Origin: Pirellula sp.
Lineage (GTDB): Bacteria > Planctomycetota > Planctomycetia > Pirellulales > Pirellulaceae
Reading direction: 5' to 3'
Assembly: GCA_046318275.1 (NCBI GenBank)
Contig: JBKCUW010000002.1
Coordinates: forward strand, 897-64,896
DNA: 64,000 nucleotides
Under the pieces are notes generated by a model that saw only the letters and a list, made by a program, of their open reading frames with translations, ran no database searches and was not told the origin of the DNA. Below, one piece after another: positions 10,303 to 20,359 of the stretch. Numbering within the stretch: the first letter of the stretch is position 1; each line of letters begins with the position of its first letter. The position numbers were made by a program, and so were the translations under genes.

Positions 10303-10803
10303 TTAGGTATCTAGAGAATCCATACGATCCAGAGCCGTCCCAAGTCGCAAGCACTCAAGCAATGCGTTCGCGCATTCTTCTCCCTTGTTACCCTTGTTCC
10401 CACCACTTCGCTGGATCGCTTGTTCGAGTGAGTTCACGGTGAGCAAACCGAACGCGATGGGTTTATTATGATCCATCGATAACTGCATAAGAGTGTTGCT
10501 GACCGCTCGGTTGATATGTTGGTCGTGGGATGTTTCGCCTTTGATGACGGCGCCGAGCGCAATCGCGCCGGCGAAGCTCCGAACTGCGATCAGCCGTTGG
10601 ACGGCAAATGGCAATTCCCAAGCGCCTGGGACACGCACCACCACAATACGATCCTCGGAGATTCCTCCGGCGGTCAACGTGGCAATCGCTCCTTCGCAAA
10701 GTTTCTCCGTAATGTGCGAATTGTAGGTGGAGACAATTATGCCGATCGATTGATTCGGAGGTAATTCGGCGTGTTTGGACGAGGCGGAGATTTCCAGAGG
10801 CAT
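10303..10803 (-). CDS. ribH: 6,7-dimethyl-8-ribityllumazine synthase
   Basis: VPGAWELP, GAVIKGETSHD and GNKGEECA motifs. Start moved to ATG 10803. Confidence 0.95.
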   Translation of the reverse strand: MPLEISASSKHAELPPNQSIGIIVSTYNSHITEKLCEGAIATLTAGGISEDRIVVVRVPGAWELPFAVQRLIAVRSFAGAIALGAVIKGETSHDQHINRAVSNTLMQLSMDHNKPIAFGLLTVNSLEQAIQRSGGNKGNKGEECANALLECLRLGTALDRMDSLDT

Positions 10804-10986
10804 GAATAAGCGGGGCAATAAGAGGAAGGAAAGGGAGCGGCCTCCGCAAAGGTTGCGAATGAGCGCGGCAGGCTTCTCCCGGCATGGGCCCTTATTGTCG
10901 GGCAACATCAACAGGATGTCGACTCCCCGATCCGAGAAAGCTTCATGAAATCTGATAGCTTCGCACCGAAACGGTGCGACCGCTGC

Positions 10987-12375
10987 TTATAAGCCTTTTA
11001 GCCCCAAGAGAAACTCCGCATTATTGCGCGATTTTTGCAAACCATTTAGAAGATGCTCCATCGCTTCCGGAGAGTTTAGCCCCGCCAGTCCTTTTCGAAG
11101 GAGGGAAACTTTTTGGTATTCCATGGGATCAAGCAACGCTTCTTCTCGACGAGTGCCTGACTGAAAAATATCGATTGCTGGCCAAATGCGTCGATCGACC
11201 AATCCGCGATCAAGCACGATTTCCAGATTTCCCGTACCCTTGAACTCTTCAAAGATCACATCATCCATTCGGCTTCCTGTACCAACCAGCGCAGTTGCAA
11301 GGATGGTGAGTGATCCACCTTCTTCGAGTTTGCGGGCTGCACCGAAAAATGCCTTCGGCCTCTGCATAGCATTGGCGTCTAGGCCCCCGGTCAACGTCTT
11401 TCCCGATTGAGTGCATTCGCCATTCCATGCTCGCGCCAAACGTGTGATCGAATCGAGGAAGATCACGACATCTATTCCGTCCTCGACGAGTCGTTTGGAT
11501 TTCTCGAGGACCATTTGGCTGACTTGAATGTGACGAGCACTGGGTTCATCAAATGTACTACTGACGACTTCGCATTTCGGCCCACGGACCTCGCGTTGCA
11601 TATCGGTGACTTCTTCTGGCCGCTCGTCGACAAGTAAGATAAACACGTAAGAGTTCGGGTAATTCTTGAGGACCGCCTTGGCCATCTTTTGCATCAGCAC
11701 TGTCTTGCCAGCGCGTGGCGGTGAAACGATCAGCCCCCGTTGGCCGAAGCCGATTGGTGTTATCAAGTCCACCACGCGAGTACACATCTCGCTCGGTTCT
11801 GTTTCGAGGATAATCCGTTCTTTTGGATGCAGTGGGGTTAGGGAATCGAAGGGCTTGCGACTGCGAACTTCGTTTGGGTTTCGATGGTTGATCGCTTCGA
11901 CGCGAAGCAGCGCAAAGTAGCGTTCGTTTTCTTTCGGTGGTCGAATCTGTCCGGAGATTGTCATCCCTGTCGTAAGTCCAAACCGGCGTATCTGTGAAGG
12001 CGATACATAGATGTCGTCGGGACAGGCAACGTAATGGTGGTTTGTCGAACGAAGGAATCCAAAACCATCCGTCAGTACTTCGAGTGTGCCTTCCCCCATC
12101 ATCATCCCGGAGGACTGCATGCGAGATTTCAGAATCTGGAAGACGAGTTCCTGACGTTCTAAGGAATCCCAAGAGGGGATTTTCTCAACAGTGGCGATGT
12201 CCCCTAATTCACTCGGCGACATTCGTTGCAGCGTCGCAAAGTCGAGTACAGGGCGGCTTTCTCCCGGAGCAAGAACGGGCGCGGCAGTGCGCTCGCGCAG
12301 CATCTCCTCTGCGATGGAGAGGATTTCATCGGGTTTTGTTTTCGATCGAGGTCGATCGTTCTCGTTACCGGTCAT
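10987..12375 (-). CDS. rho: transcription termination factor Rho
   Basis: GFGFLRS RNA-binding domain, PPRAGKT Walker [16 protein letters not shown] and EEFKGTGN. Confidence 0.97.
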   Translation of the reverse strand: MTGNENDRPRSKTKPDEILSIAEEMLRERTAAPVLAPGESRPVLDFATLQRMSPSELGDIATVEKIPSWDSLERQELVFQILKSRMQSSGMMMGEGTLEVLTDGFGFLRSTNHHYVACPDDIYVSPSQIRRFGLTTGMTISGQIRPPKENERYFALLRVEAINHRNPNEVRSRKPFDSLTPLHPKERIILETEPSEMCTRVVDLITPIGFGQRGLIVSPPRAGKTVLMQKMAKAVLKNYPNSYVFILLVDERPEEVTDMQREVRGPKCEVVSSTFDEPSARHIQVSQMVLEKSKRLVEDGIDVVIFLDSITRLARAWNGECTQSGKTLTGGLDANAMQRPKAFFGAARKLEEGGSLTILATALVGTGSRMDDVIFEEFKGTGNLEIVLDRGLVDRRIWPAIDIFQSGTRREEALLDPMEYQKVSLLRKGLAGLNSPEAMEHLLNGLQKSRNNAEFLLGLKGL

Positions 12376-13144
12376 GGCAGTGACACGACTCGCGACGCGA
12401 TACCGCTGAGGGGATCAGCAAAGCACCAACCAACACGCGGTTGAACGAAACGTGTTATTGGATCCAAATGGATCCGCAGACGTTTCAAGGACAATCCGGG
12501 AGGTTGCTTCGACGCGAATCGGAAGGAGGCTAGGGGGGTGGGCAGATGAGAAGTAAGCATGGATCAAACCACGCACAATTTCAGTATATCCAGCGCGCTT
12601 GCAGGAGTACAACGGAAAACAAACCCCGCTGAGGTCGAAGAACGGAAGCTTTCCGCACTTCGAGGACATCGTTATCCTGCTATGCCCAATCCTCTCGGTG
12701 ACAATCGTTCGTTTTCGATTATTGGGGGCGTCCCAATGGCATGAAGAATCACCTTCCTGACGCGGGATGCTCGAGGGGGGGCCAAAGGGGCTGGCCAAGG
12801 AATTTCAGGTTTCTTTTCCTGAAATGGCTAGCAGGTAGGAATCTTGTTCGCAGGCAGTTCGACCATTGGGTGCTCTCCGATTTGGTTTTGGGGAAAGCAA
12901 TTTTCTCGGATCCCGCAGGAGTACAGGTTTTTTGCATGCAATGAATCTCTGACGTTGCTGCCAACTGGGAATCCGCAAACTCCACCTAATTCTCCCAATC
13001 GTTTTTGCCGATACTTTGGGGGAAGGACCGCCATGGGCCTTAGTATCCGTAGGTGCCCCTGCGCGCTTGTCAAAAAGCATGAATTTTCGGCAGCGGGTTT
13101 AGGACCTTGCGAGTAACCCTCAGTATTTCGGTAGGAATCCAGCA

Positions 13145-13654
13145 ATGATTCGGCGAAACCCAATGGCACGAAAGAGATCGCTACGAGCGGTTCTTCTTTC
13201 CGCCGTGGTGTTCCCTACTGTTGGGTGTGTGTCCGTTATTCACACAACGGATCCGCCGAAGTTGATCGAGTTCTCCGTGGATTCAACTCCTGGAGTTGTT
13301 GGTTGCTCCACATGCCACAAGGATGGTTGCGATGCGTGCGATGCTCATTGCGACGTAGGCTACCCAGGCGCAGAAGGAGTCGTGGTCGAACCCATTGGTG
13401 TTCCATTCCTAAACCATTGGATCCACGAAAATGTTCACCATACCGCGGAAGAGGCAAGTCTCTTCTCGGGCAAGTGTATTGACTCCCTTCGAGAAAAGTG
13501 GGAAATCCATAAAGCGTGGCGGCAACGAAAACGGGAAGAGGCGCAAGGACCACCGTGGCCGAAATTTCATCCGGTTCCCACCAAACCCGCATTTCATCCC
13601 TTGGAATCGGAAGTATCTGAGGATCCTACCCTTTATGGGAACCTGCGTCCGTAG
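13145..13654 (+). CDS. hypothetical lipoprotein with Cys-rich segment
   Basis: Lipobox TVGC, CSTCHKDGCDACDAHC, and C-terminal KFHPVPTKPAF. Confidence 0.65.
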   Translation: MIRRNPMARKRSLRAVLLSAVVFPTVGCVSVIHTTDPPKLIEFSVDSTPGVVGCSTCHKDGCDACDAHCDVGYPGAEGVVVEPIGVPFLNHWIHENVHHTAEEASLFSGKCIDSLREKWEIHKAWRQRKREEAQGPPWPKFHPVPTKPAFHPLESEVSEDPTLYGNLRP

Positions 13655-13691
13655 CGAGCAGGCCGATTTTCATTTGTTATATCCCGATGCC

Positions 13692-13870
13692 ACTTGCTAA
13701 CACGCATGGCTCAGACGTTTTCTTAGCGAATCGAATCTGTCAGAGTCCTCAGCGTGAGCGCCGGTTGGGGGGGCATTGATGCCGTTCGTCGCGACTTGGT
13801 GCTCATGACGAGCATTGGGGGTGATCGGAGCCGACGTCCGGTTGCGACTTGCTAACACGCGTGGCTCAGA
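13692..13870. repeat. 24-bp direct repeat pair (REP-like), 1 mismatch, period 155 bp
   Basis: ACTTGCTAACACGCATGGCTCAGA at 13692-13715 and ACTTGCTAACACGCGTGGCTCAGA at 13847-13870. Confidence 0.8.
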
Positions 13871-13957
13871 TGTGCGGAGCAAAGAGAACGATGACCCGGA
13901 TTTCGTAGGTGCTTTGCACCGACAATGCTCACTGGGTTGCGTTGTATCGCGTTCACT

Positions 13958-13984
13958 AGCGGGGAACTGCAAGTTTCGCCCGCT
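13958..13984. terminator. GC-rich hairpin between convergent genes (possible terminator)
   Basis: AGCGGG/CCCGCT outer stem plus GAACT/AGTTT inner stem. No clear U-tract. Confidence 0.35.
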
Positions 13985-14033
13985 GGTTGCTACCTGATTC
14001 CAGTAACGAAATCCCGGCGTAGACCCCGGCTGA

Positions 14034-15173
14034 TTACCGTTGCAGCAATTGAGGGTTCGCAGGGAGTGGTGGGACGGAAGCACTCGGCGCCCCGGTAGGT
14101 AAATTGGGTGCCGGTATGAAGCCGTTGGGGTTTTGTGCCACATACGGTACAGCTTGTGTCGTGGGGCCAACTCCTGATCCGTTGGAGGGTGGTGTCCCCC
14201 ACGCGGATTGGACGCTGTTTGCGATGCTACCAGCCTGTTGGTAGACCCCCATCGCTTGCTGGCCGAATTGTTGGCCTTGTTGCACCATTTGGCTTATATT
14301 CTGGGCGCCGCCCATGCTCGCCAATAGATCGCGCGCTGGTTTCAGATTTGGATCGATTTGCAGGGCTGCATTCAAATGCTGCTGGGTCGCAGGAATATTC
14401 TTGCGATTGAAATGGAGGTAGGCCATTTGGTACTGAGCCATCGCGGAAGATTCGGTTTGTTTCAACTCGTCGAGAGCACCTTGCGCGTTGCCCGAATCGA
14501 GGAGAATGCCTGCCAAGCTAGAACGATAACTTCTGTTCTTTGGCTGAAGATTGACGGCCTTTTGAAGTTCATCCTTGGCCGACTTGAGATCGCCCGTACG
14601 AGCGTATACGGCACCTAGCTCTGCATAAGCATCCGCATTGTTTGGCGCTACGCTAGCAGCTTTTTTGTAGAACTCGATGGACTTTGCTGTATCTTTTTGG
14701 TTTTCATAAAGGCGTGCCATGCTCATCAACGCCACTGGGTTATTCGCTTCAGCCTCCAAAGCCCGACTGTAGCTATCGAGGGCTTTTGCATAGTTGCCTT
14801 GCGATTCAAAATAACTGCCCTGGGCGACTAGTACTTCGGGTGCGATCGAGACAGGCTTGGACAAGCCGGTAGCGGAATCTTTGAGTTCGGTTGGATTCGA
14901 CGCGTTGGTAAACGGTGACGTGATCGCTGACTTAGTCTTGGTGTATGCGGAGCTCATCGCGGACCCAACGGTGGCGAACTGACTCTTGACCGTTTTTGAT
15001 GTGCTTGAAAGCGCGTCCGACATCGACTTGGACGAACTTCCGTCTACCTTTTCCGTCGGCCAAATTGATGGGCGAAATCCAGGTTTGCTCACGCACCCAA
15101 CCGATGTGATTGCAAGCAAAACACCACCAGCGATTTGTAGTCGTTTGGTTTGGAATTGAACACTTTTCCGCAT
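14034..15173 (-). CDS. TPR-repeat lipoprotein
   Basis: Lipobox SVGC, several TPRs (ALDSYSRALEAEANN, AYAELGAVYARTG) and a Q/P-rich tail. Confidence 0.85.
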   Translation of the reverse strand: MRKSVQFQTKRLQIAGGVLLAITSVGCVSKPGFRPSIWPTEKVDGSSSKSMSDALSSTSKTVKSQFATVGSAMSSAYTKTKSAITSPFTNASNPTELKDSATGLSKPVSIAPEVLVAQGSYFESQGNYAKALDSYSRALEAEANNPVALMSMARLYENQKDTAKSIEFYKKAASVAPNNADAYAELGAVYARTGDLKSAKDELQKAVNLQPKNRSYRSSLAGILLDSGNAQGALDELKQTESSAMAQYQMAYLHFNRKNIPATQQHLNAALQIDPNLKPARDLLASMGGAQNISQMVQQGQQFGQQAMGVYQQAGSIANSVQSAWGTPPSNGSGVGPTTQAVPYVAQNPNGFIPAPNLPTGAPSASVPPLPANPQLLQR

Positions 15174-15395
15174 ATTGCCCTCGTGCTTCGTCGAACGCTA
15201 GCGTCGAACAATCGTTACGACTGCTATAGTCGATACATCCAAGGGTTAGCTCGGCAATTCATCCATGGGAGCTTGAGCAATACCTTGTTACAAACTGCGG
15301 AAACGAAGGTTTCCACGCTCGGACGATGCGAGGGGGAGGCGAGCCTTAATTCTGCGGAGTAAAACCGCGACAGCCCACAGGCGAATACAAGTATT

Positions 15396-15866
15396 TCAAC
15401 CGCTAAGGTGGTTCAGGACCTGTAGCACCCCATTCAGATGCGCCATTCGAGGGCCGTATCGGTCCAGGAAATCGGAGAAGATGTACTCGCTTTCTGCCAG
15501 TTCATCCTTCGAATCCTCGACTTCATCCGCCATTTTTTGGAGAAACTCGGTTTGAACTCCTGAGAGCGTTTCCAATGCAGAGCGGCACGAACGGACCAAC
15601 TCCGGGTGTGCACTTCGCCACTGATTTAGCTCGTTTTGGCGCTGGTTGTTCGCTTGCGTGGAGTTCTGCAGCAATTGCTTGCTAACTTGCAGAAGTTGTT
15701 CGAGAACTTGGTTTTGTCGGTGTTGGACTTCGATCATTTGTCGCGTCAAACCGATCAACGTTGCACCGACGTCCGCTGGCCGCTCGCGTGCGGCAGCAGC
15801 ATTTCCCGAATCTGCCGAGACATTAATCGAAAAGACTGGTGAGAATTGACCAGGATCGTTAGACAT
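15396..15866 (-). CDS. hypothetical helical/coiled-coil protein
   Basis: 156-aa ORF with a Q-rich coiled coil and a conserved-looking FLDRYGPRMAHLNG C-terminus. Confidence 0.7.
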   Translation of the reverse strand: MSNDPGQFSPVFSINVSADSGNAAAARERPADVGATLIGLTRQMIEVQHRQNQVLEQLLQVSKQLLQNSTQANNQRQNELNQWRSAHPELVRSCRSALETLSGVQTEFLQKMADEVEDSKDELAESEYIFSDFLDRYGPRMAHLNGVLQVLNHLSG

Positions 15867-16195
15867 GGCGATTCAAAGGGGTTTTGGTGTCGTGAAGCGG
15901 CAGACAGGACGCAAAGGTGCAGATCGAGGATCGCTCGAACACAGACCGACTCCAGTATAGTCACGCATGCCATCAAAAGTCGAGCGTTTGCTTTGCAGTT
16001 CTCTTCATTCGCCTGTGGTAATCATGGTTGGGACCTCGCGAAAAATCACAGCATTCGGTTGGCAAGTTGGGCGGTTTGTGCGGAGAAATCCTACGGCGCC
16101 TAGGAACTGTGGATTGCGAGCTGGGTGGAAGTCGAAGGTACGGTACCGGTTTTGTCTTTTAGGACACATCCTCGAAATTCGACGAAACGAATTGC

Positions 16196-16765
16196 ATGGA
16201 CGCGCATCAGAGTACTGCACAGCACTCAATCGGTTTTGCATCGATTCGAGAACGCTCGCCGCATGGCTATTTCGGGGGGTTCCTCGTGGTGAACACGTTG
16301 GCTCGTCCGATGGAGTTCCATTGCACGTTGCCGATCGTTCCGACACGAGCGCAGCAAATCCTTTTCGGAAAGACGCTCGATGAGTTCTTGTGTGGCGAGC
16401 AGATTGCCCGAGCCCTTTTGACCAAGTCGAAAATTAAACCGAAGGTGGTTTTCACCGATTGTCCGGCTGCGCTTTCAGTACGGCATTGGGTGGACATGCC
16501 TGTCTTCTTAATCTCGGGAGACGCCGACCGCTTCGGAAACGAGCATGAGGCATTCAGGGTACCCAGCGCGTCTCGAGCGGATGACGAGTTCAGCAGTGTT
16601 CAACTGGGGGATTACCAATTCCTGTGGTTGAGCAAATACGCGAACGATGCTCGTGCATTGGAGGGGCTCCACGATCAAGGCGTGTTTCCTTTGGACCTCT
16701 ACGAGCCATTTTCGCGCATCAACGAGGCTCTTTCTGAAGCCAATCCACGGACGAAAGCAGCGTGA
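16196..16765 (+). CDS. hypothetical protein coupled to SNF2 helicase
   Basis: Globular alpha/beta-like sequence (GGFLVVN..RPMEFHCT). Its stop is 3 bp before the SNF2 ATG. Confidence 0.7.
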   Translation: MDAHQSTAQHSIGFASIRERSPHGYFGGFLVVNTLARPMEFHCTLPIVPTRAQQILFGKTLDEFLCGEQIARALLTKSKIKPKVVFTDCPAALSVRHWVDMPVFLISGDADRFGNEHEAFRVPSASRADDEFSSVQLGDYQFLWLSKYANDARALEGLHDQGVFPLDLYEPFSRINEALSEANPRTKAA

Positions 16766-16768
16766 ACG

Positions 16769-18661
16769 ATGGCACCGACAGACGGATCTTCCGCGATCGA
16801 AGTCGAGTCGATTTTTTTCCCGTCGTTCGGTACGAATAGCCCTTCCAACCTAGGTGTGGCGTTCGCGGAGAATCCATGCTTTGATGACCTGCATACTGAA
16901 GTTGCAACGATCGCGGAAGCAAGCAGCCACTGTGTAGCGGATCTATGCGGAATCGAAAGTCCCAAAGTTTTAGCGATCCAGTTATCTCAGCCGCTTCCTA
17001 AGACGCTTGGATTTTCGTTCCCCGAGTCCCATGCTTGGTTGAAGACAGACAGTGTGGCCGGCAAAACACCAACCCCGAGTTCGCCACCCGGGACGCCATA
17101 TGGTAGCGGGGGCAGTAGCACCGAAGGCACGGGCGATGCGACTCGAAGCGGCGCAAGTGCATCCGGTGCTCCGACTAAACTTTTTGGAGGCGTGGAGTCC
17201 GCATCGAACAAGAGGACACGCTTGAACCCACCCAAAGACTTGGTGCGTCTCGAGGATCGTCTTTACTACCTCCTGCAACCACCCCTTGAGACTATTGTTC
17301 AATCTGCGAAGCTGACTTTTCCGTTCCAGCCATTCTCGTACCAAATGGAAGGGATCGCGTTTTTGTTCCCCCGCAATGCCGCGATATTGGCCGACGAGAT
17401 GGGGCTCGGGAAAACCATGCAGGCGATCACTGCGATTCGCATGTTGCTGCTCTCGGGTGAGCTTCAAAACACCCTTTTGATTTGCCCGAAACCGTTGGTG
17501 ACTAACTGGGTGCGTGAGTTTCGGCAGTGGGCACCCGAAATACCTGTTGCTGTGATCGAAGGTGACTCGTCCAAACGAGCTTGGGTTTGGTCGAATCCTC
17601 AAGCGCCTGTTAAGATTGCCAATTACGAATTGATGCTGCGCGACAGCAGCGTGATCGATGATGAATCGCTTCACTTTGATCTCGTCGTGCTCGATGAAGC
17701 TCAACGGATCAAAAATCGGACCAGCACGACGAGCGAGATCGTTCGTTCGATTCCTCGCAGTAGGTCATGGGCCCTCACCGGAACTCCCATCGAGAACTCG
17801 GTCGAAGACCTAGTAAGTATCTTTGAGTTCCTATCACCGGGTTACCTTCGGGACGATATGCACTTGAAATCATTGGGCAAAGCAACTCGCGATTATATTT
17901 TGCGGCGGACGAAAGACAAAGTTCTGACCGACATGCCACCGAAGTTGTTCCGCAAAGCCGATTTGGATTTGTCCCAAGAGCAACGGGCTAGTTATCGGGC
18001 AGCCGAGGAAGAAGGGATCGTTCATCTTTCTGAACTAGGCGAGTCGATCACGGTCCAGCACGTGTTCGAGCTCGTTCTGCGATTAAAGCAGATCTGCAAT
18101 TTCGATCCGGCTACAGGATCGAGTACCAAGATGGAGCGATTGGAAGCAGACATGGAAGAAATCGCGGCAAGCGGACAAAAAGCGATCGTCTTCAGCCAGT
18201 GGGTTGAAACGCTCTCGGTCATCGCAGAGAGATTGGATCGATACAATCCGTTGCAGTACCACGGGCGTGTACCATCCAATAAACGAGATGGAGTGATCGA
18301 TCGGTTCAAGAACGATCCCAATTGCAATGTGATCCTGATGAGCTACGGAGCTGGCGCGGTGGGGCTTAACCTGCAGTTCTGCCACTACGTTTTCCTTTTC
18401 GATCGTTGGTGGAATCCAGCGGTCGAGGATCAAGCCATCAATCGAGCGCACCGGCTAGGGGTCAAGCAACCGGTGACGGTGACCAGGATGATGGCCGTTG
18501 AGACAATCGAGCAACGGATCGATGAGGTGCTAGAACAGAAACGCGCCTTGTTCAATACATTGTTCGCTGAGACGGGAACTCCGGGAAATCTGGGGCTCAG
18601 TCAGCAAGAGATATTTGGTCTATTCGGCTTGTCGGTTCCTAAATTTTCCAAAGCGGCCTAG
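16769..18661 (+). CDS. SNF2-family helicase/ATPase
   Basis: LADEMGLGKT, DEAQRIKN, LTGTPIEN, GLNL and DRWWNPAVEDQAINRAHRLG. Confidence 0.93.
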   Translation: MAPTDGSSAIEVESIFFPSFGTNSPSNLGVAFAENPCFDDLHTEVATIAEASSHCVADLCGIESPKVLAIQLSQPLPKTLGFSFPESHAWLKTDSVAGKTPTPSSPPGTPYGSGGSSTEGTGDATRSGASASGAPTKLFGGVESASNKRTRLNPPKDLVRLEDRLYYLLQPPLETIVQSAKLTFPFQPFSYQMEGIAFLFPRNAAILADEMGLGKTMQAITAIRMLLLSGELQNTLLICPKPLVTNWVREFRQWAPEIPVAVIEGDSSKRAWVWSNPQAPVKIANYELMLRDSSVIDDESLHFDLVVLDEAQRIKNRTSTTSEIVRSIPRSRSWALTGTPIENSVEDLVSIFEFLSPGYLRDDMHLKSLGKATRDYILRRTKDKVLTDMPPKLFRKADLDLSQEQRASYRAAEEEGIVHLSELGESITVQHVFELVLRLKQICNFDPATGSSTKMERLEADMEEIAASGQKAIVFSQWVETLSVIAERLDRYNPLQYHGRVPSNKRDGVIDRFKNDPNCNVILMSYGAGAVGLNLQFCHYVFLFDRWWNPAVEDQAINRAHRLGVKQPVTVTRMMAVETIEQRIDEVLEQKRALFNTLFAETGTPGNLGLSQQEIFGLFGLSVPKFSKAA

Positions 18662-18742
18662 TCGATGTCGATGTAGCTCTCTTCGGCATCTGGTATACAT
18701 CCAACGCCGCGTTTTCCGAAAAGGGTGCGGTGTGTGCAACCT

Positions 18743-20104
18743 TTATTTGCTCGGCCCTGATTGTACGAAGGGCCGTTTTCGTTGGAAAAGGGCTCGATGC
18801 TCTCCAATCTCGCGCCGCAACGAGGGGTCCGTCGTGGTTTGAAGTGCTTCATTCAATGTGGCAATAGCCGTATCGAAGTCACCATTGGAGGCTTGGGTGA
18901 CGCCTAGAACATGCAGAAGCGAGGCGCTCGGCGCATTTCCCGCTGCGCGCACAGCACGCTCGGCCGTTTTCACCGCCGCTTCTGGATTGCGATAGAAATC
19001 CTCGGGGCATGTCGCCATCATCCACGCTGCATTTTGAAGCGTTTGAGCATTGGACGGTGAGAGCTTCAGCGATTTTTGGTAGGCTTCGGCGGCATCTTTC
19101 CACCTGCCCAAGGATTGGCATGTATCCGCGTACTCGGACGCGGTCTCTGCAGACTCTGGAGCGAGTTTCATGGCGCTTTGGAAGTCCGCCAATGCTGCTT
19201 CGGTATCTCCGTTTGAGAACAAGGCTTTGGCGCGTGCACGATGCAGTCCGCTATCCTCGGGGCTCAACTCAATCGCCTTGCTAAAATCCGCGATCGCCTG
19301 TTTCCAGTTGCGAGCGCGAGCGTACAGCTCCCCGCGATTGTTAAACGCGTCCACAAACTTGGGATTTAATTCGATCGTTTTGCTGAATAGTTCGGTCGCT
19401 TCGTCGACGTTTCCCGTTAACGCTCGGGCTATACCGAGGTTGTGGTAGGCTCGCCATCGTCCGGGATCAAATTGGATCGAAAGTTGGAAATCCTCTGCTG
19501 CGCTTCGATCTAATTTTTCGGCGTCGTCGAACTGCTGGGATGCGACCATCTTTCCCGCCATGTCGGAACGTAATTCCCCTCGGCGGTTCGCTGCCCAGCT
19601 GAGCAAGCGTTTTGTGTAAGTGCGTTCGCTCGATAGCCGCGTGTTATCGCCGATCACGGTTCGACAACTTTCGATAACGCTGTTGTATTCGAGCACCGAG
19701 GTGGCCGCTTGGGCGCGGTCGTACAATGCTTGAAGGTCCGGAGCAACACGATCGGAGGCAGGCTGTTCGTTTGACTCCCCGTTTCTCTCTGGAATCCCGG
19801 GGGCAGCAGGTGCTACCTGCTCATCCCAACTGGTTCGAGGTGCATTAGTTCTCGCTCCATTGGGACGCGTACCGAGTCCTTTCGCGGACCCCGAGGGCTG
19901 GAAGCCCGCAGGTGGCGAGAGAGTCGATTTACCCGTCGTTTGTCCTAGGGCCTGATCGAATGGCGTTATTGCCGCGCTTGAGAAGGTAATCGGGCCGACA
20001 AAGCAAATCCATGCCATGCTTTGCCGACTTAGACCAAGGCAACAGAAAGTCCGATTGGGCCGAAATGGACTCGAAACGGTGTGCTTCCGAACGGGCTTTG
20101 GCAT
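18743..20104 (-). CDS. TPR-repeat protein
   Basis: Many TPRs (AYHNLGIARA, AFNNRGELYA) and an AWMMATCP..RN..A motif. True start is uncertain. Confidence 0.85.
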   Translation of the reverse strand: MPKPVRKHTVSSPFRPNRTFCCLGLSRQSMAWICFVGPITFSSAAITPFDQALGQTTGKSTLSPPAGFQPSGSAKGLGTRPNGARTNAPRTSWDEQVAPAAPGIPERNGESNEQPASDRVAPDLQALYDRAQAATSVLEYNSVIESCRTVIGDNTRLSSERTYTKRLLSWAANRRGELRSDMAGKMVASQQFDDAEKLDRSAAEDFQLSIQFDPGRWRAYHNLGIARALTGNVDEATELFSKTIELNPKFVDAFNNRGELYARARNWKQAIADFSKAIELSPEDSGLHRARAKALFSNGDTEAALADFQSAMKLAPESAETASEYADTCQSLGRWKDAAEAYQKSLKLSPSNAQTLQNAAWMMATCPEDFYRNPEAAVKTAERAVRAAGNAPSASLLHVLGVTQASNGDFDTAIATLNEALQTTTDPSLRREIGEHRALFQRKRPFVQSGPSK

Positions 20105-20359
20105 GCTCTCTACCTCATGGAATGATCAACAGGAAAGTGTCCTCAAGATACCAGAAATCCGTCTCGCGTTTGGAGAGCGAAATCCGCTTCGGGATGTGGT
20201 TGTGTTGGCATGGCGTCGCGTCCATCGCCTTGGGGAGCGACTCGAGGGTTCTGTGGTAATACTGCCCCCTTTCCGCTAGTCAATGGCTGGTTCACGCAAG
20301 GAATTCAGGGTAAATTTTCGGAGTTATGATTTGCTTGCACTCCTCAAGGACCTCTCACG

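Noticed and set aside
10804-10986. Possible FMN riboswitch upstream of ribH
   Set aside because: No RFN consensus elements are visible.
12376-13144. 770-bp region upstream of rho, with several small ORFs and a possible ncRNA
   Set aside because: I could not recognise RNase P, tmRNA, SRP or riboswitch consensus, and the small ORFs look random. An Rfam scan would be needed.
13692-13870. CRISPR interpretation of the 24-bp direct repeats
   Set aside because: Only two copies, a 131-bp spacer and no cas genes.
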